Of a stretch of 64,000 nucleotides of DNA, positions 44,737 through 58,842 are shown in pieces (position 1 is the stretch's first letter; every line of letters begins with the position of its first letter). Origin of the DNA: Batkoa obscura (Eukaryota). A model generated the notes under the pieces. It was not told the DNA's origin, did no database searches, and saw only the letters and a list, made by a program, of their open reading frames with translations. The stretch covers positions 310,001-374,000 of the forward strand of contig JASVEC010000027.1 in NCBI GenBank assembly GCA_030770535.1. Direction: 5' to 3'. A program made the translations under genes and the position numbers.

Positions 44737-46030
44737 ATGTTAACTAGTTTACCAGATATCGTATTAATTGAAGTATTTAAAAACTGCAGACCGGCAGATC
44801 TATTCAACTTGGTATTTTTAAGCAAAAAGTTTTATAATGTAGTATTAGAAGCAATCAATAGTAATGATTATTGTTATCTTTATGGCTCAGAAGAAGACGA
44901 ATATTACCAAGATTTACAAAAGGAATTCATTCAAAATCAAGGAGACAATGTAAAGTATCTATAGATCTATAAAACAAGCCAGCTGGAATATTTTGACGTG
45001 TGTAAAAACATAAGAGCGTCAAGGGCGGATCATGATTTAAGGCTAGAAGACAAACAGGATTCAATTGCTACATTTCAAAAAGTGGTTAAAAAATTGTTAA
45101 CATTGAAAGACTTGCTAACATAAGATTTCAGTTTGATGAAAACAAGCATAGTCAATAAAGGATTGCGAAGTTATTTTAGGCAGATTGATAGTACTTGAAA
45201 TAACAATAGAAAGTATTAAGCTACATGATTTAGTCCAGTGCTTAGATAAAGATAAATTAAGAGTTCTTAATAGATGCTAACGATTTAGATCTGACTGGCT
45301 TGAATAGATTGAAACAATTTTCAGTATTAGAAGTATTAGACTTAATATCGTGTAGTTACAAAGTGAATCCACCATTTTTAAGCACCAAAATTTTTTATTC
45401 TCTTAAGCGTCTTAAGCTTAAAGTAAAACCAGGTAGATTAGATCTAACCGTTTACTTTGGAGACGTAAAGAAGTTGCCACATTTTAATAAGAATGGAGAT
45501 GAATATAATATGATAAACAGCGGCAATTTGAAAGAGAATCAGATTCAAGTACTACATATAGATTACATTATAAAGCTTAGCTTGGATGAGCTATTAAATA
45601 TCGACCATTTAAAGCAATTGGTGCTAAGTAGTAATGAAGTGTTTGAGCCTTATCTACCGACTATATTACCAAACTTAAACTTTAAAGAATTAAAAGTAAC
45701 TTGGGTACAATGTATTGGAACGGATTCCAGCATATCTAATGTTTTATCCAACTACAATATTGCTAACAATACAGTCTTAGTAAAGTAAGACGTCATGTGT
45801 AATTCAGTTAAAAAAACCATATTTGCTCTATCGAATTTTAGTCTTTTCAGTTGTTTTGATGTTTTACAACTATTCCTCGATTTTTATATGGTCTATTTAA
45901 TTTTCGTAGTCTAAAATTAGATCTGAGTAGTTCGTTGACATTTCAACATAATAAACTTTACTATTCTTCCTAGATAGTTATTTTGATGAAAAGAATGATA
46001 GGCAGGTATTTGAATATTTAAATTTAAAAT
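44737..46030 (+). pseudogene. F-box/LRR pseudogene, close paralog of 40511-41881
   Basis: Colinear with the intact copy; TGG>TAG at 44962-44964, further deletions, frameshifts and a stop at 45788. Confidence 0.85.
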
Positions 46031-46649
46031 ATAATAAAACAAAACAAGCTTAAAATAATTATCTATTTGTTATTACCAATTTGCATACCACGAAAAAACA
46101 GGATGACTAAAAGTATTTTTTATTATTGTAATCAATTTATAGTCGATCGTATAGATACATTCAAAGACTCATTAGGTAAATTTTATTAGCTGACATCGAT
46201 TGGTTGAAAATTTGACAGTCTTTGATTTTGAGTAAAAATAATTGGGAATGCCTTATTGTTTCAGCATTTAGCCAAAATTTAAATTTATGGTCATAAAAAA
46301 TGAAAAAGAATGAAACGATAAAGGTACTCCCGGATTAACTACCAATTTTATCTATTTAATGCTATATAGATATAACAAATAAGATAAATAAATATATAGT
46401 TATTAGAAATTTATTATACTTTAATAATAATAGTTTATTTCTTTGACTCCAACATATTCCAATTAAACAATACTAATATAGTTAAACTACATATCCCAAA
46501 TTCCTTTTCTCTAAGAACAAAATCTAGAATCTAACCAATAAAAGCCATTCCAAATCTGGTTAGGTAATAACCTCAACATTCAAAAACTGTGACAATAAAA
46601 CAGAAGATAGAAATACAGTTCAATAACTTTTACTAAAATATAAAATAAA

Positions 46650-47664
46650 ATGGCAATAATAGAAGCAAAAGAATTATTAAACCAAATAGAAGAGGCCTCC
46701 AACTTTATAAAATCTAAATTAACCTCTGGAACTGACTTTAAAATCGGTATCGTATGTGGTTCTGGACTTGGTGGGTTAGCTGAAACTTTATCAGATACTG
46801 TTTCCATTCCATACTCTCAGATCCCTCACTTTCCAAAAGCTACTGGTAAGTTTTTAATTCTTTAATCCTTTAACTCATTGATTCTGAAAATGGATTAGTT
46901 GCTGGTCATGCTGGTCAATTAGTATTTGGTCAATTACAAGGAGTACCAACCCTTTGTATGGTTGGTCGCTTTCACTTTTACGAAGGTCATCCATTACATC
47001 ATGTCACTTTCCCTATTAGAGTAATGGCTACCTTAGGCATTAAAATGTTGATTGGTAATTTTCATATTTTTTATAAACTTTACCTTTTTTTACATCCTTT
47101 CTTACAGTCACCAACGCCGCTGGTGGTTTAAACAAAGATTACAACGTAGGAGATGTAATGGTTATTGCTGATCATTTATCAATGGCCGGATTAGCTGGCA
47201 ATAATCCATTAGTAGGACCTAACATTGATACCTATGGACCAAGGTTTGTAGCTACTTCAGATGCTTATGATATTGAGCTTCGTAGAATAGCTTTCAAAGC
47301 TGCTTCTCAAATTCCAAAAGAACTAGGAGAGTTAAAGATGCAAGAAGGTATCTATGCTAACGTAAGTGGGCCAAGTTACGAAACTAGAGCTGAAGGTAGA
47401 CTATTAACTTTATTGGGTGCTGATGCTGTCGGGATGTCCACTGTACCTGAAGTCATCGTCGCTAAACATTGTGGCTTACGTATCTTAGGATTATCCCTTA
47501 TTACTAATAATGTTATTACAAGTAGAGAACCTCCTTCTTATGCTAAACCAGCTGAAAACCAAGTTAAAGAAGTTCATGCTACTCATGAAGAAGTACTCGC
47601 TGCTTCAGTAGCTAAGGCTAAGCTTATGCAAGATTTAGTTAAGAACATTGTAACTTTACTTTAA
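46650..47664 (+). CDS. PNP1: Purine nucleoside phosphorylase, 3 exons
   Basis: GIVCGSGLGGL, GHAGQLVFG, GRFHFYEG, TNAAGGLN, GPSYETRAE, GADAVGMSTVPEV, HEEVL. Confidence 0.96.
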
Positions 47665-47916
47665 AGGAATTTTAGAGAATAAAATCTAATACAGGTTAAA
47701 ATTGATTTTTTATTAAATTTAAGATTTAACTGTAATCTAATAGTTATTTATTATCTTGTTAAGTAACAATTGTCAATGATTTCTTGATATTATTATCCCA
47801 TCACTCTTAAAGCATTCATATAGTATTCATTAACTTTATAACTCATGGTATCTTACTAATTTCAATTTTTGGCTATTAACTACAAAATCATAAAGTAAAT
47901 TCAAAATATAACAGAA

Positions 47917-48177
47917 TGTTTTTTACCAATTATCTTTTTTTGTTACTTTTTTAAAAATCTATTAATTAACCATGCAGCTGTTTAAGTTCAAATATTGCTG
48001 GTTAGTAAATTTTATAAACAACTATTTGTATTATTATAGTGATTTGCAGCTCGATGATTAATTTTTTTTAAATGAGCAGTTATCCAGTACATATACAAGC
48101 TTAAACAGCTGTATTAGCTAATTAATTTCTAACTTTTAATAAAAGCAGTAAAAATCGATAATTGGTAAAAAACATCA
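47917..48177. mobile_element. Foldback/MITE-like element with ~95-bp imperfect arms
   Basis: atgttttttaccaattatc...gcagctgtttaag pairs with cttaaacagctgt...gataattggtaaaaaacat. Confidence 0.65.
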
Positions 48178-48518
48178 CCATAACCTCCTTATCTACCAAA
48201 TTAAGCAAGTGATCTTTTTCCAAAATATTAAATCATTATAACATTTGATGTAGTATTTATTTCTTAACTTATTTAACTGTACATATTATGAAAATTAGGT
48301 ATAGGATTGTAGCGGAGCAATATTGGCATAGATGAATTAAATTTTAATAATAAATTAGTAATTGTAGTTACAGTTTATAGTATATTGATAAAAGTACAGA
48401 TATTTCAAATAGTTTGGAATTTTATAGCGGAAATTAAGGGAGATTAGCATATTCAATAAATAGTGATCCAAACTCGATCACTAAATAAATAAAGGTGGAC
48501 GTTCAAATTTCAATATAT

Positions 48519-48605
48519 AAGAGTGTTTTTTTCTGTTTCGTTGCTTTTTCCACTCAAATAGCGCTTAAAAGATGAAAAAAGTGATGAAGCTAAAAAAACA
48601 CCCCC
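48519..48605. mobile_element. MITE copy K, rearranged with two same-type ends
   Basis: agagtgtttttttctgtttcgttgctttttcca joined to ctcaaatagcgcttaaaag...aaacaccccc-ATAT. Confidence 0.7.
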
Positions 48606-49277
48606 ATATACTATTGTAATAGATTTCAATTAATATTCAATGTTTAAACCTAACCATGTCAATATTCCAGTATATTTATTCATGTTAAGATTATGAAGGT
48701 TAGTAACGGACATTTACATTGATAAAGGAATAAGTTTTTTAAAGCATATAAATAATAATTTTTTGAATAAAGCTATTTATTTTATTATAACATAATCTTT
48801 ATCAACTGTTTATTTATTTCTAAAAAACTAGAAACTATGCAATTGAAGCATATGGTAAAGAAATCTTTGAATCATAATAGCTCAACGTGATCAATAGTAA
48901 AGGAGTTGAGTTTAAAATCATTAATTTACTCAATTTGATAAGGATTCTAGCCACAGCAAAACTAGCTTTATTTACAATACTATATCATTTTTATTCTACT
49001 ATTACAAGTAAAAAGTACCCAAGTCGAAGGAAATTTAATTGGATAAATAACTCCTTTGATTCAGGTATAGCCAATCATTGAATGCTCTAAAAACCAAAAA
49101 TAGGGACTTAAAGGTAAGGGTAAATTAATAATACAAACTATTTTTTCGACTTTTTCAGGGTAAGGAAACAAGCTAGAAACGGTGCATATAAGATTGTTCA
49201 GTATTTTAGTCAACCTTGTCAACTTTTAAGAAAGTCTATTTCTATATTTTTTCCCGAAACAATTCATTTTTCTCAAG

Positions 49278-50069
49278 ATGGATGAAGATTACAAGTTCAG
49301 CGTTGAATATTTAACCAAATATTTTGATTTTTTAGGTCTTAAAGACAACACTATTGATAAACTTTTAGCTTCCATTGCCAGCATTGAAGATAATGAAGCT
49401 AAGCGTGATGAGCTAATCAAACAAAATCGTCGACTTAAAGAACAGATCATGTTATTGAACAACAAGCATGATCAAACTGTACGTGAAGCTAATAAAAATC
49501 TTAACTGGATGCAAACTGCCAACGATAACTTAATGCAACATAATGAAGCTTTAATCAATCAAAATACCAACATTGAGCAGCAAATCGAGTTATTAACCAC
49601 CCAACACCGTATTTTGCAACAAACTTACGAAGCTATGCAGAATAAAGTAAAAGCGGATCAAGCTAAGATTGAACATCTTGAAAGTATGGTTTATCAATTA
49701 AGAAGCGTTTTAGCTGACCATGAAGAAAATCAAAACGAAGTAGCTGCTTGTCAACGCGAGCTTATCTCTGAGCGTCAAATCAATGAAGAACTTAGACAAA
49801 GATTGGTTCAATCTACTAGTAATAACCGTGAAATTAATAGTATTCCGGTAAGAGAAATTAGTGAGTTTGCTACTAATGCTAAGAGAGAAGATTCCCACCT
49901 TTCTGTCAACTTACCAGATATTGAACCTTCTTCTTCTACCAGACCCCTCCCACGTACCACTCCTGGGGCTAAGGATAAAGCCAAGATTAATCGTAAAAAA
50001 GCTCTTAAATCTAATGGAAAAACCAAGTCTGGAGCACGTCTTAATAAGTCCAGCAAACATAAGAATTAA
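49278..50069 (+). CDS. Uncharacterised coiled-coil protein with basic, NLS-like C-terminus
   Basis: 263-aa intronless ORF, heptad-rich Q/E/N/L composition, Lys/Arg-rich tail. Confidence 0.75.
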   Translation: MDEDYKFSVEYLTKYFDFLGLKDNTIDKLLASIASIEDNEAKRDELIKQNRRLKEQIMLLNNKHDQTVREANKNLNWMQTANDNLMQHNEALINQNTNIEQQIELLTTQHRILQQTYEAMQNKVKADQAKIEHLESMVYQLRSVLADHEENQNEVAACQRELISERQINEELRQRLVQSTSNNREINSIPVREISEFATNAKREDSHLSVNLPDIEPSSSTRPLPRTTPGAKDKAKINRKKALKSNGKTKSGARLNKSSKHKN

Positions 50070-51000
50070 AAAGGATAAACTATCTTTGGGACAAATAAAT
50101 AATCGATGTCTACATATTTTTTTATGCTAGACAGCTATAGTTTATTTTTATCTTTAAAGTTAGTTTACCTTTTTTTAGTTCTTTAATTAAGTAAGTGTAA
50201 TTATTTTTTGAGTTTCTTAGTTGCTTATCATTCTATAGTCCCGCCATTGTATTACCTTATCATTACATCATTAAATATCTTCTTTACCATCTTTCCCTAT
50301 CACGTAAGTTTTTTGTTGCCTTTGCTTTATTTGCTCATTTAGTTTGTGTTTAGATTTGTCATACCTTACCCTTGAAAATAGATCTTGTTAATTATTCTTA
50401 AGCTCAATAATAAAATTTCAATTCATATTATTTTAAAATTCAACTTGGTAAGTAAAGTTAATCATAAGCCTTATATACATTAATTAATTTGTTTTATTTT
50501 CTAATTTAGTCCCACATTTTAATAATTAACGCGCCTATTTTATCTCAATCAGTAAGCTAATTTATTTTTCTAGTATTAAGATTATTAACTCTCATTTTCT
50601 AGTCTTTCCTCATCGTCATGTTATTCAAATTTAGATTTCATATTTCTAAAAAAATCGATACTTTTTAAGTGTAGTAACTTTTAATTGCCTAAATCTTCAC
50701 TTATGATAGTAAATTTTTATGTTATTGTTATACTTTATCAATTACTCACCTATTTGTTTATAGGGTTTATACAAACTTCATTATCCCATTAATATGGTTT
50801 TTTTAATCCTGTTCAATTATTGATCCTTTTATATGAAATTCAAATATATTCCCCATCGTACTTCACATTTGTTATTTTATAGCCTGATTATTATAAATAT
50901 GACATTGTATAAAAAAAAATTATTTGTAATCTAATAGTTTACATCAATAATGATTGAGCATTAAAAAAACTCCCACTATTAAAATCCTTTAAAGTCTAAT

Positions 51001-52237
<1,237 letters not shown>

Positions 52238-52693
52238 TTGCTAATAGTAATTTGTTAAGATCAATAATTGTTTTGTTTTTTAGATAGTTTTTTAGTGTTT
52301 CGAAACTTATATTTTTATTGGTTGAAGATATTTTGAGACAATTTTTTTAAGTCTGGAAAAATCGATTAAGGTGGGCAATCTATTTTAATAAACGCTGTCT
52401 TTGGTACATATTATTAAGAAAAGTGATGGATTAAAGCGGCTAATTATCACTATGTTATTATGACTTTAACACAATTTGGATCAAATATTATATAACCAAA
52501 GGTTGTATTCTAACACTAAAATTCCTATTTTATTCTGTAACAGGGAGACTCAATTTTGGGCCAAACACAATCGTTTTCAGCAATATCAGCTCTGATTGGC
52601 TACTTCTAACTAATTGAAAAACTACGTCACTTTAACAATAAGTCTAAACTTCAGAAAGAAAACAATTTATTTTTATAAATTTAATTAACAGCT

Positions 52694-53209
52694 ATGACTT
52701 CCAGAGATCCAGCAGTAAGCCCATTGAAGTATACTAAAACAAAGAACTAACCGGAAATTTAGAGAATTGGCCTTAACAATGAACAAATTGAACAAGCACG
52801 CGAATTGTTTGTTATGTTTGATAAAGATAACGACGGTAAAATAGTAGCCTCAGAGATTGAAGCAATCTTAAACCAACTTGGTCAAAACCCCAGCAGCTCC
52901 GACATCAACTCTATCTTAGAAGAATCTGATATTGATCGTAATGGTAGTATTGATTTTGAAGAGTTTTTAAAAGTAACTGCCCACAAGTTTATTCCAGGAA
53001 TGGAAAATGAAGAGGATAAGAATAAGAAAGCTTTCGAGCAATTCGACCAGGATAAAGATGGCTATATTACCAAAGAAGAGCTGAAGAAAGCACTAATGGT
53101 CATTGATCCTACGCATACAGAACAAGATATTGAGAATATCCTTAAGTCTGCAGACATAAACACCGATGGTAAAATTACTTATGAAGAGTTTTGTGGACTT
53201 CAGCAATAA
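52694..53209 (+). CDS. Calmodulin-like protein with four EF hands, 2 exons
   Basis: DKDNDGKIVASE, DIDRNGSIDFEE, DQDKDGYITKEE, DINTDGKITYEE; 7-codon first exon. Confidence 0.9.
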
Positions 53210-53581
53210 AATGAGTGGTGTCTTACAATAAATTGAAATTGTATCGACTACTATTGTTATTTTGCCGTTGTTTAGATCATTTTGTTTCATTCAAGTTTTC
53301 AAACCTTGTTTTTTTGTTAGTTCAAATTTCAGGATAAAAAAACGAGTAACCTATAAGTTTATTTTTAATTTTTTAAATAATTTAACCAACCAGTATGGCT
53401 CCTACATAACTGAAAAACGATTAACAAAAAGCTAAGAAGTTTTATAAGGTGATATACTTAATATCAAATAATCCAGCCCATAGGTACTCTCAAAACTAAT
53501 TAAAATTAACGTCATTTTTACAACATCAAACCTCGAGTTTAAAAGAACAAATTCATTTTTCAATGACTTTATTTCTTCATC

Positions 53582-54118
53582 ATGACATCCAACAATTTAT
53601 TAGTAATCTTATCAACGAATATGAAAACAAATAACTAACTTCTAGTTTAGATTTATGGCCTTAATAGCAAACAGTTTGAGCAAGCAAAAAGTTTATTTGA
53701 TCTATATGACACTGATCGAGATGGCAAAATATCAGTTGAAGAGTTGAAAGCATCAATCCGATATTACGTGACTGATCTCAGTATGAACGTAATGAAATCA
53801 GGATTTAAAAAAGATGGTATGGAAAGAAACGATACTATTGGCTTTGATGGTTTTTTAAACATAGCTAAACAATTGATTGCTCCGAAAATACAGCTTGAAC
53901 AAGCGAGAGATTTATTTGATTTGTATGATACTGATAAGGATGGTAAAATAGTAGCTGATGAACTGGTAGATTTAATGCAGCGTTATGTGACTGTAGTTGA
54001 TATGAGCGAAATCAATGAAGCATACAAAGGCACAGACATAGATAGTAAAGATTGTATTGATCTTGAAAGGTTTTTAAAGATAGCTAAGCAACTGCTTTTT
54101 CCAGGAAAGACAAGTTGA
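53582..54118 (+). CDS. Divergent calmodulin-like protein built from two N-lobe repeats, 2 exons
   Basis: Same 7-codon first exon; two repeats of QxEQAxxLFDLYDTDxDGKI...FLxIAKQL. Confidence 0.8.
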
Positions 54119-54522
54119 AAGGTTAAAACGGTGCAAAGGAGCTTTCTTTTAAAATAAAATGTAATTGTGTAAATTATAACGGCTCACTACTGGTGTTTTC
54201 TTATTTGTTATAATTTTGTTTCAATTTATCTTTTAACTATAGTGTTTTTTTCTTTGGTCTAAATTCAATAAGTTTTAGCTAACTAGTACTTAAAAATCAA
54301 AATTTAAATGTTGACTTTCAAATCGATGCAATAAACAAATTCTTTATTATAAAACTTATTGCTATATGTGGTGCATGTGAACTTAAATAGTTATATAAAT
54401 AATCTTGCTTTGTATTTAGTATTTAAGTAGTTATAAAAAACAAAAAGCTAAGCTTGTGAAGAATATAAAATAAGTGTATAAAATAAGTGACAAAATGTGA
54501 TTTTGGATAATTTTTATTTATC

Positions 54523-56048
54523 TTAAATATCTCCAGCTATTTTCATGAGTTGAATATCCAAATCTTTAGGATATATAAAACCAGCTGTAGTGAGCAATGG
54601 AGTTTTCCATTCTTTTGATTTCGGACCTAATTTAAGTTCATACCTTTGTAATAGCATTGAAAGTACAACTCTTTGTTCAATCAATGAAAAATTGATACCA
54701 ACACCTAAAAAACCATTAACATCAATTAAAAAAATTAAATAGTATCGATATTACATAACCTTGAACCACCACCAAATGACATCCATGAGTTAGATTGCTC
54801 ACCATAGGGGTCTAAGAAACGATCAGGATCAAATTTATCAGGATCTGGGAAGTATTTTGGATTGTGGTGTGCTCCCCAAAGATAACAATTGAGATAAGTT
54901 CCCTCCTTAACTAATAAAGTATTGGGTAATATCTCATCACGATCACAATACCGTCTTAATATACCAACTGTAGTAATAATCCTCATTGTCTCTTTAATAA
55001 TGCAATCCAGATAAGTAAACTTTTTTTGTTGTTCGTGAGATGGTATGACATTTCCACTATCACCTAAAACACAAATTATTTCCTTACGAACTTTTTGTTG
55101 CATTTCTGGATATTTTGCTAAATAGTATACAGTTGAAGTAAGAGTATTTGCTGTAGTATCATGACCAGCTAAAAAGAAAGTAGCTAAATTATTTACTACT
55201 TCAGTGTTACTTAAGCTTTCCTTAGTAGACTCCTTCACGTTTTTAATTAGTAAACTAACAAGATCATCTTTGGAATTCCCATTTTCAATTTCCTTTTTAC
55301 GAAGGGTAATAATCTCAGCTAAAAATGAGCGAAATTCTTCGTTTTTGCGATGGTAGTATTGGCGTGATGGGACAATAGATTCTAATACTGGAAAAGTGAA
55401 ATAAATTGGATTAAATATCTCTTTTGTTACTTCATTATAGGCATTTATGATCTCACTTTTACCGTTGTTATTAACTGCTTCAAAGTGAAAACTGAATAAT
55501 CCTTTTCCTAAAGCATCTAAAGTAAGATATGCAAAAAGATTATTTAATACTATCGGCTTGGTACCGTTTTTTTGAATTACATCAATAAGATCATTAGCAC
55601 ATTCACCAAAAAGTTCTACTGGCCAAGTTTTCTTAAATACTGGATTAATAATACGACGATGTCGCTTCCACTCTTGTTTATCATTTGAAACTACATTTGA
55701 AATACCAAAAAATTTACGCCTTAATTGGTTTTCTGTGAAATCTTTATCCTTTTTCTTTAGAAATACATCAGTATGATTGAAAATATACTTAATACTTGCA
55801 ACATCTGATATTATTATTTCCCAAGCCCCTTGCTGCCAAATAATTCCATATTCTTTTTCCCCTACTGTCGGCTCAATTAATTTTTTATGACGAACATCAA
55901 ATGGCTCCCCTTTAATAAAAGACAAAATAAACTTGAAAAAAGAAATTTGAGGGATGTGTTTCAAATGTTCTGGGACTTTAAATAGTTCATAAACTTTATA
56001 AGTTATAAGAGAAACCAATAGGACAAAACACAAAGTTAAATATAGCAT
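54523..56048 (-). CDS. Cytochrome P450, 2 exons
   Basis: N-terminal anchor, WKRHRR, AGHDTT, KETMR, FDPDRF, spliced FGGGSRLCVG. Confidence 0.95.
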
Positions 56049-56311
56049 TGGTAGAATAAAATTGTACTAAAGAAATAGAATTGTAATGATTGTAACTGTG
56101 TGAGCTTTTTGTAATAGCTTTAAATAATGCTTTTTGATCTAATCAGTTTCTTAGATCAGCTCAAACAATTAAGTTTAAACTAAATATGAAAATAAATGGG
56201 CAGTTTTTAGTTAGCTATTTAATTTCCAAAAGCTTGTAGAATTTACTGATAAAATTAAGCTTTACTGGCTGCAACAGCAAAATAATTTGTAGCTATAAAC
56301 AAGAAATATTT

Positions 56312-56409
56312 GAGGGTGTCTTTGATGATTCCATCACTTTTTTCATTTTTTAAGCGCTATTTAATTGGAAAAATTGTTTGTAAAACTCTTTAACAAAAAA
56401 TACATCCCC
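56312..56409 (+). mobile_element. MITE copy L
   Basis: gagggtgt...acatcccc with ATTT duplication. Confidence 0.85.
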
Positions 56410-57534
56410 ATTTTAAAACGAGTATGTTTTATTATTACAATACTACATCTTTAGGGTTTTATATCTCCTGAAAAGTAAAAAAACTTTTTCAAAAGCTTAA
56501 CTTAATGTGAGGCACTTAGAGGTAGTTTAACTACTATTGATATAAAAATAATTGTAACCTAAAGCTTTAAAAAAACTTATACAAAATAAAGAGCCTTTAA
56601 AAATAATTGTTCACATTCAAATCCTTATTCTAAATTTAACTGCTAATGCCATGCTTTAACTCCCTTTTTACTATATTAAACTTTCTTACATTATGACGCT
56701 ACAAATTGTAACGAACGCATCGTCACGATTAAGATAAAAATAGTTCGGAGCAACCAAAAAGAATAAACTTTTCCAAATTAGGAAGTCTGCCATCAAATGC
56801 CACAAACTGGAATCTGGTCCCATACAACGCGGGCAATACCCCTCCTCTCCCTATAAAAGAAACTCAACAAAGAGGATGGTTATTTGTTGTGAAATAGTTC
56901 TTACTAAAAGATAATAAAATCAATATAGATAGAACAAATCATACTAAATCTTATCTATTGTTATTATAAGAAAATTATAGAGTATAACTAAATCTTCGAT
57001 AATATGCTTGATGATCAAGTATGTTGGAGCTTCTGTGATATCGTACTTTATACTTGATATCATTAGATACCTAAAATTACCTATTAAATTCATCCCTTCC
57101 AATGTAGAATCTCTCATTAATTGGGAAACTCTCACGATATCTGGGGTCCTGGGTGCCTCTACCATGTTATCTTTAACTGATCGAAATATCACTTATTCGC
57201 AAATTGTAACCTCCATTTTCAGTTTAATGCTTTCTTAGTATCATATGCCTTACAATGTGAGCATATCCATTCGTAATAGCTCATCTAGTTGTTACAAAAT
57301 TGTTTTTAATTTAAACCTTCAAGTCTCAAAAATTTTGCATCCTATAGATAAAGTCTAAATTTTAGTTTATATTGTATTTCCATTTCATTAGATTCTTATC
57401 AGCGTTTATGTAAAAAGAGTAGAATTCACAAGACTTGAAAGTTCGAAACTTAAAATTAATTTATACTATAACGATTGAGAGGTTTGAATAAAAGATAAAT
57501 ACATTGATGAAAACAAAACATTATAGTTGCATTA

Positions 57535-57625
57535 GGAGATGTATTTTTTTAAGAGTTTTACTACAGCCTTTCCATTCAAATAGCACCTAAAAAATGGAAA
57601 AAGTGAAACCAAAAAAAACACTTCC
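57535..57625 (-). mobile_element. MITE copy M
   Basis: ggagatgt...acacttcc with ATTA duplication. Confidence 0.8.
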
Positions 57626-57684
57626 ATTACTTGAAACCAGTTCAAAGACTACGTCATCTTAAAAGTATTCAATCCGTTTTATAT

Positions 57685-57783
57685 GAGGATGTATTTTTGT
57701 GCTTAAGAATTTTACTAGCAGTTTTTCCACTTAAATAGCGCTTAAAAAATAGAAAAAGTAATGAAACCAAAAAAAACACCCCC
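57685..57783 (-). mobile_element. MITE copy N
   Basis: gaggatgt...acaccccc with ATAT duplication. Confidence 0.88.
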
Positions 57784-57911
57784 ATATTAGCGATCATGCT
57801 TTTAGCCAAATTTGTTAAAAAAATATAACAGTTAATGTGAAACAGATCAAGTACAAATTGTCAAATTTGAAAATGGAACCCATTCATTTTCAATGATCTT
57901 AATTATATACA

Positions 57912-58555
57912 ATGGAATACAATGATCAGCGTGTAACTTTTAAAAAACCTTAAATTAAACAACTAACTTTTATCTTAGAGTTATGGACTTAATAATAAAC
58001 AGCTTAATGAAGCGAAAGATAAGTTTTACATTTATGAATCTAATAATAGTGGAATGATATCAGTTTGTCATTTATCAACATTATTGTATTTAGCTCATCG
58101 ACCCTATAGTCATACTCAACTCTAATCAATTCTTAAATAAGCGAATATTAATGAAAATGGTCCTATTAACTTAGAAGAGTATTTAAAAATTGCTAAAGAA
58201 TTATTATTTACTGAGAAGATCACCCAAAAAATGATGAAACAGTCTGATGAAGAAGTTGTAAGCTTATTAAATAATCTTAAATCAGAGAATGGATTTATAG
58301 TTTTAGAAATATGGACTTACCAAAAGCCAGCTTAATGAAGCAAAAGAGTATTTTTATTTTCATGATCTTAAAAGGAGTGGTTTTATATCAATTAACGATT
58401 TAAAGATTTTATTACTTCGAGCTTATTGAAGCTTTATTCTTACTCAACTTCCATCCATCCTTGAACAAGCGGGTATCAATGAAAACGGTCCTATTAAGAT
58501 AGAAGAGTATTTAAAAATTGCCAAAAAATTGCTTTTTAATAGAAGCAATCTTTAA
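57912..58555 (+). pseudogene. Calmodulin-like pseudogene, internally duplicated N-lobe
   Basis: 7-codon first exon; two units YGL..xQLNEAK...INENGPIxxEEYLKIAKxLLF, each preceded by an intron; in-frame TAA, TAA and TGA. Confidence 0.75.
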
Positions 58556-58842
58556 GATCTAATGAAAAGGAATTAATTAACGAGCGATACTTGTGATGTA
58601 AAATACTTTCTTCAAAGTATATTAAAATTATTAGATTATATTTGTTTTATTTTTTTTACTTTTGATAATTTTATTTCAAATTTATTTTTCAACTATTCCA
58701 TTCTTATTTTATTTGTTGGCTAAAAATTGAAAATTGAAAAAACGTCTGCTTGAAATTCAAAAAATGAAGAATTCTAAATAAGATTAAAAATATCAACTCA
58801 TCAAAATTTTGTAGTATTTCTAAACTTTTTATAATTTTTAAA

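Noticed and set aside
56690..57240. ORFs 56944-57192 and 57008-57238 in a GC-richer stretch
   Set aside because: Possibly a retroelement remnant, but I could not identify any reverse transcriptase or endonuclease motif.
57912..58555. Stop-codon reassignment or readthrough to explain in-frame stops in several loci
   Set aside because: All three stop types occur, several of these loci also have frameshifts, and intact genes terminate normally, so ordinary pseudogenisation suffices.
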